A stretch of 64,000 nucleotides of DNA from an uncultured Candidatus Melainabacteria bacterium (GTDB taxonomy: Bacteria; Cyanobacteriota; Vampirovibrionia; Gastranaerophilales; Gastranaerophilaceae). The position numbers and the translations under genes were made by a program. The notes beneath the pieces were generated by a model. That model was not told the DNA's origin. It did no database searches and saw only the letters and a list, made by a program, of their open reading frames with translations. Positions 48,440 to 57,687 of the stretch are shown piece after piece (positions within the stretch are counted from its first letter, which is position 1; the number at the start of each line of letters is the position of its first letter). Location of the stretch: positions 60,245 to 124,244 of the forward strand of contig CAKNXK010000010.1 of assembly GCA_932182025.1 (NCBI GenBank). The letters run 5' to 3'.

Positions 48440-49288
48440 CTAATATCGTGTTCTCTTATATTTTGCTAAAAACTCAGGATTTTCATCAATGTAAGCAAAT
48501 ACAAATTCTTTTGAGCATTTGTAACGTTCTTTTAAACTTTTCTTTGACACAACTCTTTTACCGTTCTTTAAAACCCTTACTAAGCTTGTATTTAAGGATA
48601 AATGAGATTCTTGCAACGCTTCAATAATTCTTTCATAAACATTCTGATAATTTGAACTAGTTTGCCTACGAACGATGTTCTTTGGCACAAGAATGACAGG
48701 TTTATTCATAAAATGAGGCAACATTGATTTCCGTCTAATCCAAGTTTTAGTTTCACTTGACCAGAAAAAATTGCTTGTTATCTCTTTTACTGGAATTTGA
48801 TACTGCTTACACTGCTCTTCCGTATATTCAATAAGCATTCCTCGAATAATATTGGTAACTATATCCGAGATTTTATCCGATCCTATACCGTTAATTAAGA
48901 GTTCACAATCGGACAAGTCTTTTAAATGACCAGTTTGTACCGCCTTACTTTTCTTAAGTCGAATTAAAAGATCTAAAGCTTGCTCGTTTCCGATGCCACA
49001 GCCATCAGGCATATTGCTTGATAATCCAAAATGAGTTTCATTTGGCTCTCGCAACTTGCTAAATAAATATAGTGCTTTTTTGTCATCTTGATTCTTTATT
49101 GCATTAAGAAGTTCTTCAAAAAAATCTACTATTAAATTACTAGCTCTTACATACCATTCACCTTTTTGATTTGATAGCACCAAAGGATCAATGTAAAGTT
49201 CTACATCAGTATTCAAAGGGATGTTCACAAAATTTAAATTTTCTTCTTTTTGTTTCAGTTTAAAATATTGTTTAAAATCAATGTTCAT
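48440..49288 (-). CDS. Hypothetical protein (282 aa), no recognisable domain
   Basis: Long ORF with coding-like composition. A small basic ORF lies ~105 nt upstream on the same strand. Confidence 0.5.
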   Translation of the reverse strand: MNIDFKQYFKLKQKEENLNFVNIPLNTDVELYIDPLVLSNQKGEWYVRASNLIVDFFEELLNAIKNQDDKKALYLFSKLREPNETHFGLSSNMPDGCGIGNEQALDLLIRLKKSKAVQTGHLKDLSDCELLINGIGSDKISDIVTNIIRGMLIEYTEEQCKQYQIPVKEITSNFFWSSETKTWIRRKSMLPHFMNKPVILVPKNIVRRQTSSNYQNVYERIIEALQESHLSLNTSLVRVLKNGKRVVSKKSLKERYKCSKEFVFAYIDENPEFLAKYKRTRY

Positions 49289-49394
49289 TTTTATTCTCCT
49301 TAAAATTCTAACCCTTGCAAAATTAATAAAAGCTCAGAGTATATACAGCTTTTCCGAGCAGGAAGGAGTTTTTATTCCTTTTCTCCTACTTCAT

Positions 49395-49502
49395 CTATTT
49401 ATTTTTCTTTATCGTTTCAGATACAGTCGTTTTAGGATTTTTAATTGCATATCCCTTTTTAACGAATTTACCTGTAACAGCACTTCTATAACGCTTTGCC
49501 AT
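49395..49502 (-). CDS. 35-aa lysine-rich small protein (absent from the ORF track)
   Basis: AAAGGA RBS 7 nt upstream of the ATG. My translation is MAKRYRSAVTGKFVKKGYAIKNPKTTVSETIKKNK. Confidence 0.45.
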   Translation of the reverse strand: MAKRYRSAVTGKFVKKGYAIKNPKTTVSETIKKNK

Positions 49503-49667
49503 TATAAAGTCCTTTCTTTTTTGTACCAAATACTAACGTGTCATCTGGTGATACGCTTCTTTTAAAGCTTGTAGAGCAACACAAAATAAAGTAATAAGAA
49601 ATATTACTCTTGTTATTGCCATTAGAATCTGTTTGAGGTAAACTATTTTTGAAAAATTATATTTTTT

Positions 49668-49702
49668 AAGAATTTTGTGCCTAGCATAAAATTCTTTTTT
49701 TT
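49668..49702 (+). terminator. Orphan plus-strand Rho-independent terminator
   Basis: 13-bp stem (aagaattttgtgc / gcataaaattctt, one G-U pair) with a 3-nt loop and an 8-nt T-run. No plus-strand ORF lies upstream. Confidence 0.6.
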
Positions 49703-49970
49703 ACCTCTATATCTCTTTCTGTTCCTCGCGTAACCTCCTTTTATAATTAGCTCAAAGGCTTCAAATCTACATTAATATTATAACGTATGTAGCAAAACTC
49801 TACAAGATAAGTGTAGTATCTACACACTTGTAATTTTACGCCATTCATTTTTACCTAAAAATCAGACATAATAATCGTTTGAGAGATATTTATTCGTCAA
49901 AAAATCAATATTAAGTTTTGTAAAACTTTTCTCATATATCATTTGCATGCTTCATGTTTATGGCATGCTT

Positions 49971-50384
49971 TCATTTATAACTTCCAACTTTTCTGCCATA
50001 AGCATCATATTGAGTTGTACGACCACTGGAATCTGTTTTAAGTGTGCCAGTTTTTCTTCCGTAAGAATCGTAGATTGTAGTTGTTCCGTTTGAGCCTGTT
50101 TTATATGAACCTGTCTTTCTTCCGTATTGGTCATAGCTGTTATAGCCAGAAGAAGTTTGTTTTACTGAACCTGTTTTTGAGCCGTATTCATTGTAAGTAT
50201 TGTAACCACTTGAAGTAGATTTGATTGTGCCTGTTTTTCTACCATAAGCATCATAATGAGTTGTTGTAGAACCATTTGTTTTGTATGACCCAGTTTTTGA
50301 ACCATATTTGTCATAAGTGTTGCCTGCAAAAGCGATTGATGTTAAAAGAAAGAATAATATTAGTAAGCTAAAAAGTTTTTTCAT
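49971..50384 (-). CDS. Secreted tandem-repeat protein (six ~20-aa YD-like repeats)
   Basis: Signal peptide MKKLFSLLILFFLLTSIAFA, then six copies of Y(D/N)xYG(R/S)KTGxxK-T/S/G-rich linker. It lies 53 nt downstream of res on the same strand. Confidence 0.7.
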   Translation of the reverse strand: MKKLFSLLILFFLLTSIAFAGNTYDKYGSKTGSYKTNGSTTTHYDAYGRKTGTIKSTSSGYNTYNEYGSKTGSVKQTSSGYNSYDQYGRKTGSYKTGSNGTTTIYDSYGRKTGTLKTDSSGRTTQYDAYGRKVGSYK

Positions 50385-50437
50385 ATTTACACCTTCTATA
50401 GTAAAACGATTTCTTGTGCAAAAAGTTCATTATTTCA

Positions 50438-53338
50438 TTAAAATAATTTACCTTCAATTTTACCATTTGTTAATTTACAATACTCCAAGATTTCTTTTGT
50501 ACTAGCACCCCTTGATTGCATTGAATAAAAAGTCGTATCGTCTAATAATGAATAATTCCAAAATGCATTCATTCGCTCACAAGATGGAAGTTCATTAACT
50601 TTTTTACACCAATCTAATGCACTTTTTTGTTTTTGTTTTACATTTGCATTGTCAAGATCTTTCTGAGCTTTTGTTTCTATAAAATAAATACTATCCTTAA
50701 TCATAACTATAAAATCAGGATAATAAGATGACAAAAGCCCATCTGTTCTAATATATTTTAAATGCGCAAATGTATGATAGTTTTCATTGATTTTCAAAAA
50801 CCTTTCAACCTCAACATCTCTATCGGCAAATAACATAAAATCTTTTTCAAATTCGCCTTTATTTGAAGGAAAAGCCGTTTTTTCATAAATTGATTTTCTT
50901 ATATCAAGTGTAAAATTTTCTCTCATTTTTAAACTACTAATTTGCGAGAAAGAAGTTTTAATAACTGTTGCGTCAGTTACTTCAATATTATTTTGCATAT
51001 CATATACAGATTGACTAACTTCTTTCATTATATGTTCTAATATTCCAACTTTTGCAATCATAAGAACACGCCAGTTGTTGCTTTCATTTGGATTAAATGG
51101 CTCTCCAAATAATTTTGTTCGTATGTAATTATCTATAACCTCAATCAATGCAACTTGATTAACTTGCATTGTTGGATAAGAGGAATGTCCTCCAACTCTA
51201 GCGATATTGTTTGTTATTGCATCAAGCATTCTTGCTAAAAATTCATTATAGCTTTGTGCATTAAATAATTGAGAAGAAACTCTGTAATCTCCAAATCTTG
51301 TTTTAACAGTCATTTCTTCTGAATAAAAACTTTCATCACCATAATTTTTTGCCATTCCCTTTAATTGTTCCAATGTCCAAGGAAGTTTGTTAAAACTATC
51401 GGTTTTTAATTCTCCAAGTTTTAAAACTTCTTCTTTGTCTGAAACAATTGTAGGAATATAAAAATCATAATCTTGATAATTTTCTTTTAATCCAACTGTA
51501 ATAATATCGCCTAGCACATTTTCTTTTGTTGGCATTTCTTTTTCTTCTACAATCATTCCATTTTCTAAATCATCATAGAATTGAATAAATGCAGGATGTT
51601 CAATAATACTAAGTATATCAAGATAATTACTTGGGCTTTGTTTTTCTACAAACATTTTATGGCGGTTTTCAGCTTTTATATCTTGATAATCTTTTTCTCT
51701 CCACATCAAACGTAGACCACGTCCGATAACTTGTTCTAATAGAATAGGAGCTTGTGAAGAACGCAATGGTACAATTACACAAACATTACTTACGTCAAAG
51801 CCTTCTCTAAGCATTAAAACAGATACAATAACTTTGGGCGTTGAATGCTTATCAACATTGAATAATCTTTGCTTAACTTCTTTCCATTCTGTTTCTTTTA
51901 TTGAACCCTTTTTGTCTGAGTCAATTTGCATAATATCATCATCGGTTAAACCTTCAGATTTCAAGAACTCACAAACAAGAGGTGAAACTTTTGTATCCTC
52001 ACAAATAATCAACATTTTAGGATATTTATTTTCAGCTTCTTTTGTAAATTCTTCTTCTAAAATCCTTAATTTGGAAAGTCCAGCTCTAAGCATTAATCTT
52101 TGACCTTCAGATAGGTCAATAACATTTTTGCCATCACGAATGGCTTTAAAATCTAAATCTTCATTTTCTAAAGTTGCAATTTCTTTTCTTTTATCAATTG
52201 CAATAGTTTTAACCAAACCATCTCTAATTGCTTCTTTTAGTGCAAAGTCTACTATAATATGAGGAAAATAGTGTTTTGTTCGTTTTTGTCCAGAGCCTGT
52301 AACATCGTAAGGAGTCGCAGAAAAATCTATTTGTATAAAGTTTCTACCTTTATTTTCAGAAATAAAGTTTAAAGATTTTTGCCATTCAACCTCTGAAACA
52401 ATACCATTTTGTTTGTTTTCGTGAATATGGTGCGCCTCATCATTAAATACACAGATATTTTCTAAAGATTGTAAATATTCTAATTCCCCACCTTTTAAGA
52501 AACGACTATCAATCGTGTTCAAGTCATGTCCTGCAGTCGTTCCAGGAGTAATTGGAAGTAAATCTTTAATTACTCTGCTAGGGTCATTCAAAGGAGAAAC
52601 TTCAATTTCTTCCTCTTCTTCAACTCCAGCAAGCAAATGCCAATTTGTTATTGCAATAAGCCCATCTCCAGTTATTTTCTTTCCGATTTCTTCTTTTTTA
52701 ACAACATTATTTTGGATAAAGCCAAAAATAGATTGTCTGTATCTTTCAGGAATAAATAAGTTTTCATTTCTTTTAATATCAGAGGTGTCAAAATCTCTTG
52801 TACCATTCTCTTGTTCTTTACCTAAAAATGCGTCAAGTAAACGTTCATAAACAATCAACCCTGGAGCAACAAGTAAGAAATTCTTTGTAAACTTAACTTC
52901 ACTTTCAAGTTCTTTAAATTTTGCATTCAAGTATTGCCAAATTAATAGAGCATTGAGAACAAACGTTTTGCCTGTACCTGTTGCCATTTTTACGCAATAT
53001 TTAGGGTGTTGAAATTTATCTCCTGCAATATAATTAAAAAAATCAGGAGTCAATAAATCTTGGCTTGCTTGTTGATACATAGAAAGTATAGAATCTGCCT
53101 TTAAAACTTCATGGCAATAAATTGCATTAAGTATAGCCTGTTTTTGTCCTTTGTGGAAATTTATATATCGAGTATCACAAAAGGCTGAGTTAAACCAATA
53201 TCTTAATAAATCTTGAGTAACAGGGGTAACTTTTTGTAGAAAACTTCCACTTTCCCATTCTTGATTTACAATTTGAGAAAGTTGTTTGGCAAAATCTAAA
53301 GGAATTTCTTTTGTTCCTGTATTCAATAGTGTTGGCAT
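50438..53338 (-). CDS. res: Type III restriction enzyme, Res subunit (SF2 helicase + PD-(D/E)xK nuclease)
   Basis: Walker A KMATGTGKTF, DEAH box FNDEAHHI and motif VI-like QVIGRGLRL. C-terminal YYPDFIV...YFIETK nuclease motif. Positioned immediately downstream of mod. Confidence 0.9.
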   Translation of the reverse strand: MPTLLNTGTKEIPLDFAKQLSQIVNQEWESGSFLQKVTPVTQDLLRYWFNSAFCDTRYINFHKGQKQAILNAIYCHEVLKADSILSMYQQASQDLLTPDFFNYIAGDKFQHPKYCVKMATGTGKTFVLNALLIWQYLNAKFKELESEVKFTKNFLLVAPGLIVYERLLDAFLGKEQENGTRDFDTSDIKRNENLFIPERYRQSIFGFIQNNVVKKEEIGKKITGDGLIAITNWHLLAGVEEEEEIEVSPLNDPSRVIKDLLPITPGTTAGHDLNTIDSRFLKGGELEYLQSLENICVFNDEAHHIHENKQNGIVSEVEWQKSLNFISENKGRNFIQIDFSATPYDVTGSGQKRTKHYFPHIIVDFALKEAIRDGLVKTIAIDKRKEIATLENEDLDFKAIRDGKNVIDLSEGQRLMLRAGLSKLRILEEEFTKEAENKYPKMLIICEDTKVSPLVCEFLKSEGLTDDDIMQIDSDKKGSIKETEWKEVKQRLFNVDKHSTPKVIVSVLMLREGFDVSNVCVIVPLRSSQAPILLEQVIGRGLRLMWREKDYQDIKAENRHKMFVEKQSPSNYLDILSIIEHPAFIQFYDDLENGMIVEEKEMPTKENVLGDIITVGLKENYQDYDFYIPTIVSDKEEVLKLGELKTDSFNKLPWTLEQLKGMAKNYGDESFYSEEMTVKTRFGDYRVSSQLFNAQSYNEFLARMLDAITNNIARVGGHSSYPTMQVNQVALIEVIDNYIRTKLFGEPFNPNESNNWRVLMIAKVGILEHIMKEVSQSVYDMQNNIEVTDATVIKTSFSQISSLKMRENFTLDIRKSIYEKTAFPSNKGEFEKDFMLFADRDVEVERFLKINENYHTFAHLKYIRTDGLLSSYYPDFIVMIKDSIYFIETKAQKDLDNANVKQKQKSALDWCKKVNELPSCERMNAFWNYSLLDDTTFYSMQSRGASTKEILEYCKLTNGKIEGKLF

Positions 53339-53341
53339 TTC

Positions 53342-55336
53342 TTAAACCTCCTTAACTACTACACTTTCGAAACCAAATACATCAACGGCTTTAACACAGA
53401 TTTTTCTATGTTCTTTATGTGGTACTTGGATTTTAGCCCAATTGATTACTCGTAATGGGTCGTTGTCGTTGTGTGTATTTTCTCGGTAATCTTGCCACTT
53501 GCTTCTGAAGGTTTCACCGTCATAATCAGGGTCTATACTCCAGTATTCAATGAGTGCAAGCGGTTCATTTGCAATAATTTTTTGTAATTGTTCTTTGTAT
53601 TTATCATCAAGTGGTAATGCATCAGGTGATAAAAGAACATAATTATCAAGTTCTATTTCTAATTCATCTATATCACAAGAATATGGACTTATTTTTGGTT
53701 CTTTGATTGTTAAATATTGAAGTGATGAAAATCTGATTTTGTTCGAATCAATAAGTTTTTTAAAATTAGCTTTTGATTTTAATTTGTCTAATAAATCAGG
53801 AGGTATTACCAACACTTCTACTTGAGAACGGTCAAGATCTTTTAAGATATTGACAATATCAAAAGTAAAGTTCCAACCCAAAATTATTACTTTATTCCAT
53901 CCTCCCATAAAACTTTCTTTAAGTTCTTGAGCTTTTTTTATAGTTGATAAACCTGTCATTTTATTAGGACTATCTACGTAAACAAGAGTTCTTGAACCTT
54001 TGATTTGACCTAAGTTTTTAGGTGCATTTTCGTCAAAAAACGGCATTGCACCAAAGAGATTAAGGACAACTTGAGATAAATCACCAACACGTTTAAATTC
54101 TTTAGTAGTAGCAAACACTTCTTTCTGATAATCTCCAACAGCTTGGTATAAGAAAGGTTTAGCCTCTTGGTCGATAAGACGCTTTCGCATAATCATATTT
54201 GCAGGCTTACCAAAATCCGAAGTTATCCATCGTCTGCCTAATTTTTCTGCAACAGCTGCGGTTGTTCCGCTACCTCCAAAGAAATCTGCAACAATAGAAT
54301 TTTCATTCGAAGAAACCTTTATTATTCTTTCTAATAATGTTTCAGGTTTTTGAGTTGGATAATTATAATTTTCTGTTGAATTTTGTTTTTGAAAGGCTTT
54401 TGACTGCAAACCTTTAATATCGTTCCATAAATCATCCAATACTACACCTTTCGATTCATCTAAGTACTGTATTAATGCTTCCTTACCATTTGAGCTAACG
54501 TAAATTTTACCTTCTTCTCTAAATTTTATTTTTGACTCTTCTGTGTAATCACCCAAAGATTGAATCCGATAACGTCGTCCATTTTTATCAATATGTTTAA
54601 AGTAATTTTCAATATAATCATTTGAGTAGGGTAAGTATGTCTGATTATATTTAATATTGTTATAATTTTTGCAATAAAAATAGATATAATCACAATTTCT
54701 TGCCATCATATTTGACTTTGCTTTGGCACCAATAGAAGTCGCTCTTTTCCAAATAATTTGATTACAAAAATTATCTTTTCCAAAAATCTCGTCCATTATG
54801 ACTTTTACATAATGACCCACATGCCAATCAAGGTGAACATAAATAGAACCTTGTTCAGATAATAATTCTTTCATTAGATATAACCTAGGATACATCATTT
54901 TCAAATACGAAACTGTCCCATCTTTCCAAGTATCAGAATATGCGAACTGCTCCATGACATTTGGTCTTTGTTCAATATCAAAGCCAGGAAGTGTAATTTT
55001 AGTTCTATAATCTGCTTTTGAATCATAAGGTGGGTCGATATAGATTAAATCAATCTTTCCGCGCATAGATGGTAGCCCAGTTGCTTCATCACCATTCAAA
55101 AGCGCTTGCATAACTAACAAATTATCACCATAACAAAGCCTATTGAACCAATTTTGTCCATCAATATCCTGATAACGCCCCTGAAATAAATTTGCTTCTT
55201 TTTTTACTGGTAATACATATTCATTTGTTTGAAGCGTGATTTTATTATTACTCTCCAATCTCTCCATTATTTTTTCAACTTCTTTTTTACCTTCTGCAAC
55301 TATCTTTGGTAACTGTTCAATCAAACTTTCAGCCAT
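53342..55336 (-). CDS. mod: Type III R-M DNA methyltransferase, Mod subunit (beta-class amino-MTase)
   Basis: Motif [11 protein letters not shown] precedes the SAM-binding motif [23 protein letters not shown], with a variable central region (TRD). Start set at MAESLIEQ, preceded by AAGGAA, whereas the ORF track has a GTG at 55360. Confidence 0.9.
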   Translation of the reverse strand: MAESLIEQLPKIVAEGKKEVEKIMERLESNNKITLQTNEYVLPVKKEANLFQGRYQDIDGQNWFNRLCYGDNLLVMQALLNGDEATGLPSMRGKIDLIYIDPPYDSKADYRTKITLPGFDIEQRPNVMEQFAYSDTWKDGTVSYLKMMYPRLYLMKELLSEQGSIYVHLDWHVGHYVKVIMDEIFGKDNFCNQIIWKRATSIGAKAKSNMMARNCDYIYFYCKNYNNIKYNQTYLPYSNDYIENYFKHIDKNGRRYRIQSLGDYTEESKIKFREEGKIYVSSNGKEALIQYLDESKGVVLDDLWNDIKGLQSKAFQKQNSTENYNYPTQKPETLLERIIKVSSNENSIVADFFGGSGTTAAVAEKLGRRWITSDFGKPANMIMRKRLIDQEAKPFLYQAVGDYQKEVFATTKEFKRVGDLSQVVLNLFGAMPFFDENAPKNLGQIKGSRTLVYVDSPNKMTGLSTIKKAQELKESFMGGWNKVIILGWNFTFDIVNILKDLDRSQVEVLVIPPDLLDKLKSKANFKKLIDSNKIRFSSLQYLTIKEPKISPYSCDIDELEIELDNYVLLSPDALPLDDKYKEQLQKIIANEPLALIEYWSIDPDYDGETFRSKWQDYRENTHNDNDPLRVINWAKIQVPHKEHRKICVKAVDVFGFESVVVKEV

Positions 55337-55482
55337 AAATTTTGTTCCTTTATTATTCACAAGATGAGTAAATTATCTTATTATTCAATCATGACATGAT
55401 TATATCATGATAATTTTTATTGATTGCCATTCAATTTATAAAACTTAAAATTCACACTACCATGAATAGAAAAGGTATAGAT

Positions 55483-55803
55483 ATGAATGATGAATTAATA
55501 ATCTTAGGAAAAAGAATTGCATTTTTGCGAAAGAAAAGGGGACTTACACAAGAAAAGCTTGCAGAGTTAATTGGATATTCAACAAACCATATTGCAAAAC
55601 TTGAACTTGCTGGTACAAACCCTTCTTTTGAACTTCTTGTTAATCTTGCTAATGCTTTAAACATTGAGTTGAAAGAATTGTTTAATTTTGATGAATACCA
55701 AAGCACAAAATATATAAAAAAAGAATTTGAAAAACTTTTACATTCATCTGAGGAGAAAAAACTCAAATTACTATATAAAATATACCAATCCTTAGATAAC
55801 TAA
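55483..55803 (+). CDS. XRE-family HTH regulator, divergent from mod (C-protein-like position)
   Basis: LGKRIAFLRKKRGLTQEKLAELIGYSTNHIAKLELAGTNPSFELLVNLANAL. The start is uncertain: 55420, 55462 and 55483 are all possible. Confidence 0.8.
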   Translation: MNDELIILGKRIAFLRKKRGLTQEKLAELIGYSTNHIAKLELAGTNPSFELLVNLANALNIELKELFNFDEYQSTKYIKKEFEKLLHSSEEKKLKLLYKIYQSLDN

Positions 55804-55920
55804 ATGGTTAAATCTGCCTAATAATATCAAAAAAATCTTTAAATTTTATATTAATGATGTTTTTAAGCACCTTTTAATAATTTTCGAACAATTTTGTACA
55901 AAACACCACACAGGTAAAAT

Positions 55921-57261
55921 ATGACGTATAAACTAGATGATACTATTGATAACTATTTTGATAAGAACTTTTGGCTGGATTTAATTGAAGATACTTATAA
56001 TTTAGATGTAAAAGAATACGTTGATTCATATTGTAAAAATATTCAAAAAGCCCTAAAACTAATACCTGTAGGATCAAAAATCAATTCTAATGATGAAAAT
56101 TTCTGGAAAAAAGTTTACCAGTACAAGAAAATAGATTACACGAAACCTATAACTTATAAGTATTTTAAAGAGGTTATGTTAAGCACTCATACATTAATTA
56201 ACCTTATTCACCTTCAAATAGACCTACATCAAAATATGAGAACCATTGAAGAGTCTTTTGAGTATCCATTAAGTGAATTCTTTACTATTGATGCAAAAGC
56301 AATATTCAAAGAATTAATTGCCACTAGAATTGATTTATATTTAGATCAATGTACTGTAGAAGATACCTTAATAGAAATTAATGGGTTAGTTGGAATAAAA
56401 GCTCCTTGGGCTAATATCAAAAATCTATATAGAGAATACTGGTTTTGGTTATGGTTGTTAACATCTTTTGCTAATAATTGTTTTGATTCATTATATAAAA
56501 TTAAACTTGAATCATTAAACTATAGAGCAAAATTGATTCATAATCTTATGGGAGATTGCTGTGAAGTAGAAACAATAGAAATTAAAGATAAAAAACAACA
56601 ATATAATTCTAAAACAGATAAAGAAAACTCCGAATGGGAAAAATGCAGGAAAATGTATAATGCTGTATCTGATGAATATAGATTAGTGAAATTTATCACA
56701 AATTCAGCTTATCACAACTTTTCTACAGAAAAAATTATTAGAAATATGGGAAATCTTAATCTAGATGAAAAATTGTATAACCTTTTATCAAACGCTATTT
56801 CTTGTTTATTCCCAATACAAGAAAACTGGTTTAATATTTTTAAAAACTACATTTTTGATAATTGTCCAAGAATGTATCAATTATTATTTTGTCAGCACGA
56901 TTTTAACTCTGTAGATGAAATTTATACATTTTTAGATAATACAACACAACGCCAAGGCGGACTAGAAATTGTGAGATTTTCTCTAGAAATAACTCAAGGT
57001 AAATCAGATAAAACTATCTTAAACACTCTTTCTGATATGGAATATTGGATTAAAAAAAATCAATCCAAATGCTGTCCTATGCAAAATGCATTAACAATCA
57101 CTGATAAAATAGTTGATAAATATACACAAGTTCAAAACCTAATACAACAATCTAGTCTTGCTTTTACGTTCTATCTTAATAACCCTACACAAGAGGGATT
57201 TGAAGATATCAATAAGAATTTAAAAGCACTAAAAAAGCTATTAAAAATAATCCCGAACTAA
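55921..57261 (+). CDS. Hypothetical protein (446 aa), predicted all-helical, no recognisable domain
   Basis: Long uninterrupted ORF 117 nt downstream of the XRE gene on the same strand. Confidence 0.5.
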   Translation: MTYKLDDTIDNYFDKNFWLDLIEDTYNLDVKEYVDSYCKNIQKALKLIPVGSKINSNDENFWKKVYQYKKIDYTKPITYKYFKEVMLSTHTLINLIHLQIDLHQNMRTIEESFEYPLSEFFTIDAKAIFKELIATRIDLYLDQCTVEDTLIEINGLVGIKAPWANIKNLYREYWFWLWLLTSFANNCFDSLYKIKLESLNYRAKLIHNLMGDCCEVETIEIKDKKQQYNSKTDKENSEWEKCRKMYNAVSDEYRLVKFITNSAYHNFSTEKIIRNMGNLNLDEKLYNLLSNAISCLFPIQENWFNIFKNYIFDNCPRMYQLLFCQHDFNSVDEIYTFLDNTTQRQGGLEIVRFSLEITQGKSDKTILNTLSDMEYWIKKNQSKCCPMQNALTITDKIVDKYTQVQNLIQQSSLAFTFYLNNPTQEGFEDINKNLKALKKLLKIIPN

Positions 57262-57480
57262 TTTTAGTTTAGGATTTTTCCAAACCAAATTCAAAATCTG
57301 TTTTAATGTGTACATAAGATAAAACAAAAGGAGATACACATGATAAACAGATTTTTTTAATTAGCAAATAAATATAGGTGCACAAATATTTATAAACAGC
57401 CATAAAATCAAAGTACGCTGATTTTACAGGCTTAGTTGTAGTGCGTACACAATAATGACAAATAAAGAAAGGATACAAAA

Positions 57481-57687
57481 ATGTCAAACCAAAATAATTT
57501 AGACCTTATTCCAGTCTCAAAATGGAATAATTACTATCAGTTTCCAAGCGTTGGAGCTATTAGACAATTGATTTTCTATAACAGAAATGATTTTAATTCA
57601 AAAGTCACAAGACGTATTGGAAACAGAATCTATATTAAGGTTTCAAGTTTTATTGATTGGATTGAAAATAATAAGGAGGTAGCATAA
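57481..57687 (+). CDS. Excisionase / AlpA-like HTH DNA-binding protein
   Basis: 68 aa. ...FPSVGAIRQLIFYNRNDFNSKVTRRIGNRIYIKVSSFIDWIE fits the excisionase-type HTH pattern (kiGrr.yi....l..Wl). Its stop overlaps the next gene's start. Confidence 0.5.
   Translation: MSNQNNLDLIPVSKWNNYYQFPSVGAIRQLIFYNRNDFNSKVTRRIGNRIYIKVSSFIDWIENNKEVA

Noticed and set aside
49221-49565. A 114-aa plus-strand ORF overlapping the 5' end of the 282-aa gene and the 35-aa ORF.
   Set aside because: It has a Phe/Leu/Ile-rich junk-like translation typical of the antisense frame of AT-rich DNA, and no RBS. The better-supported genes lie on the opposite strand.
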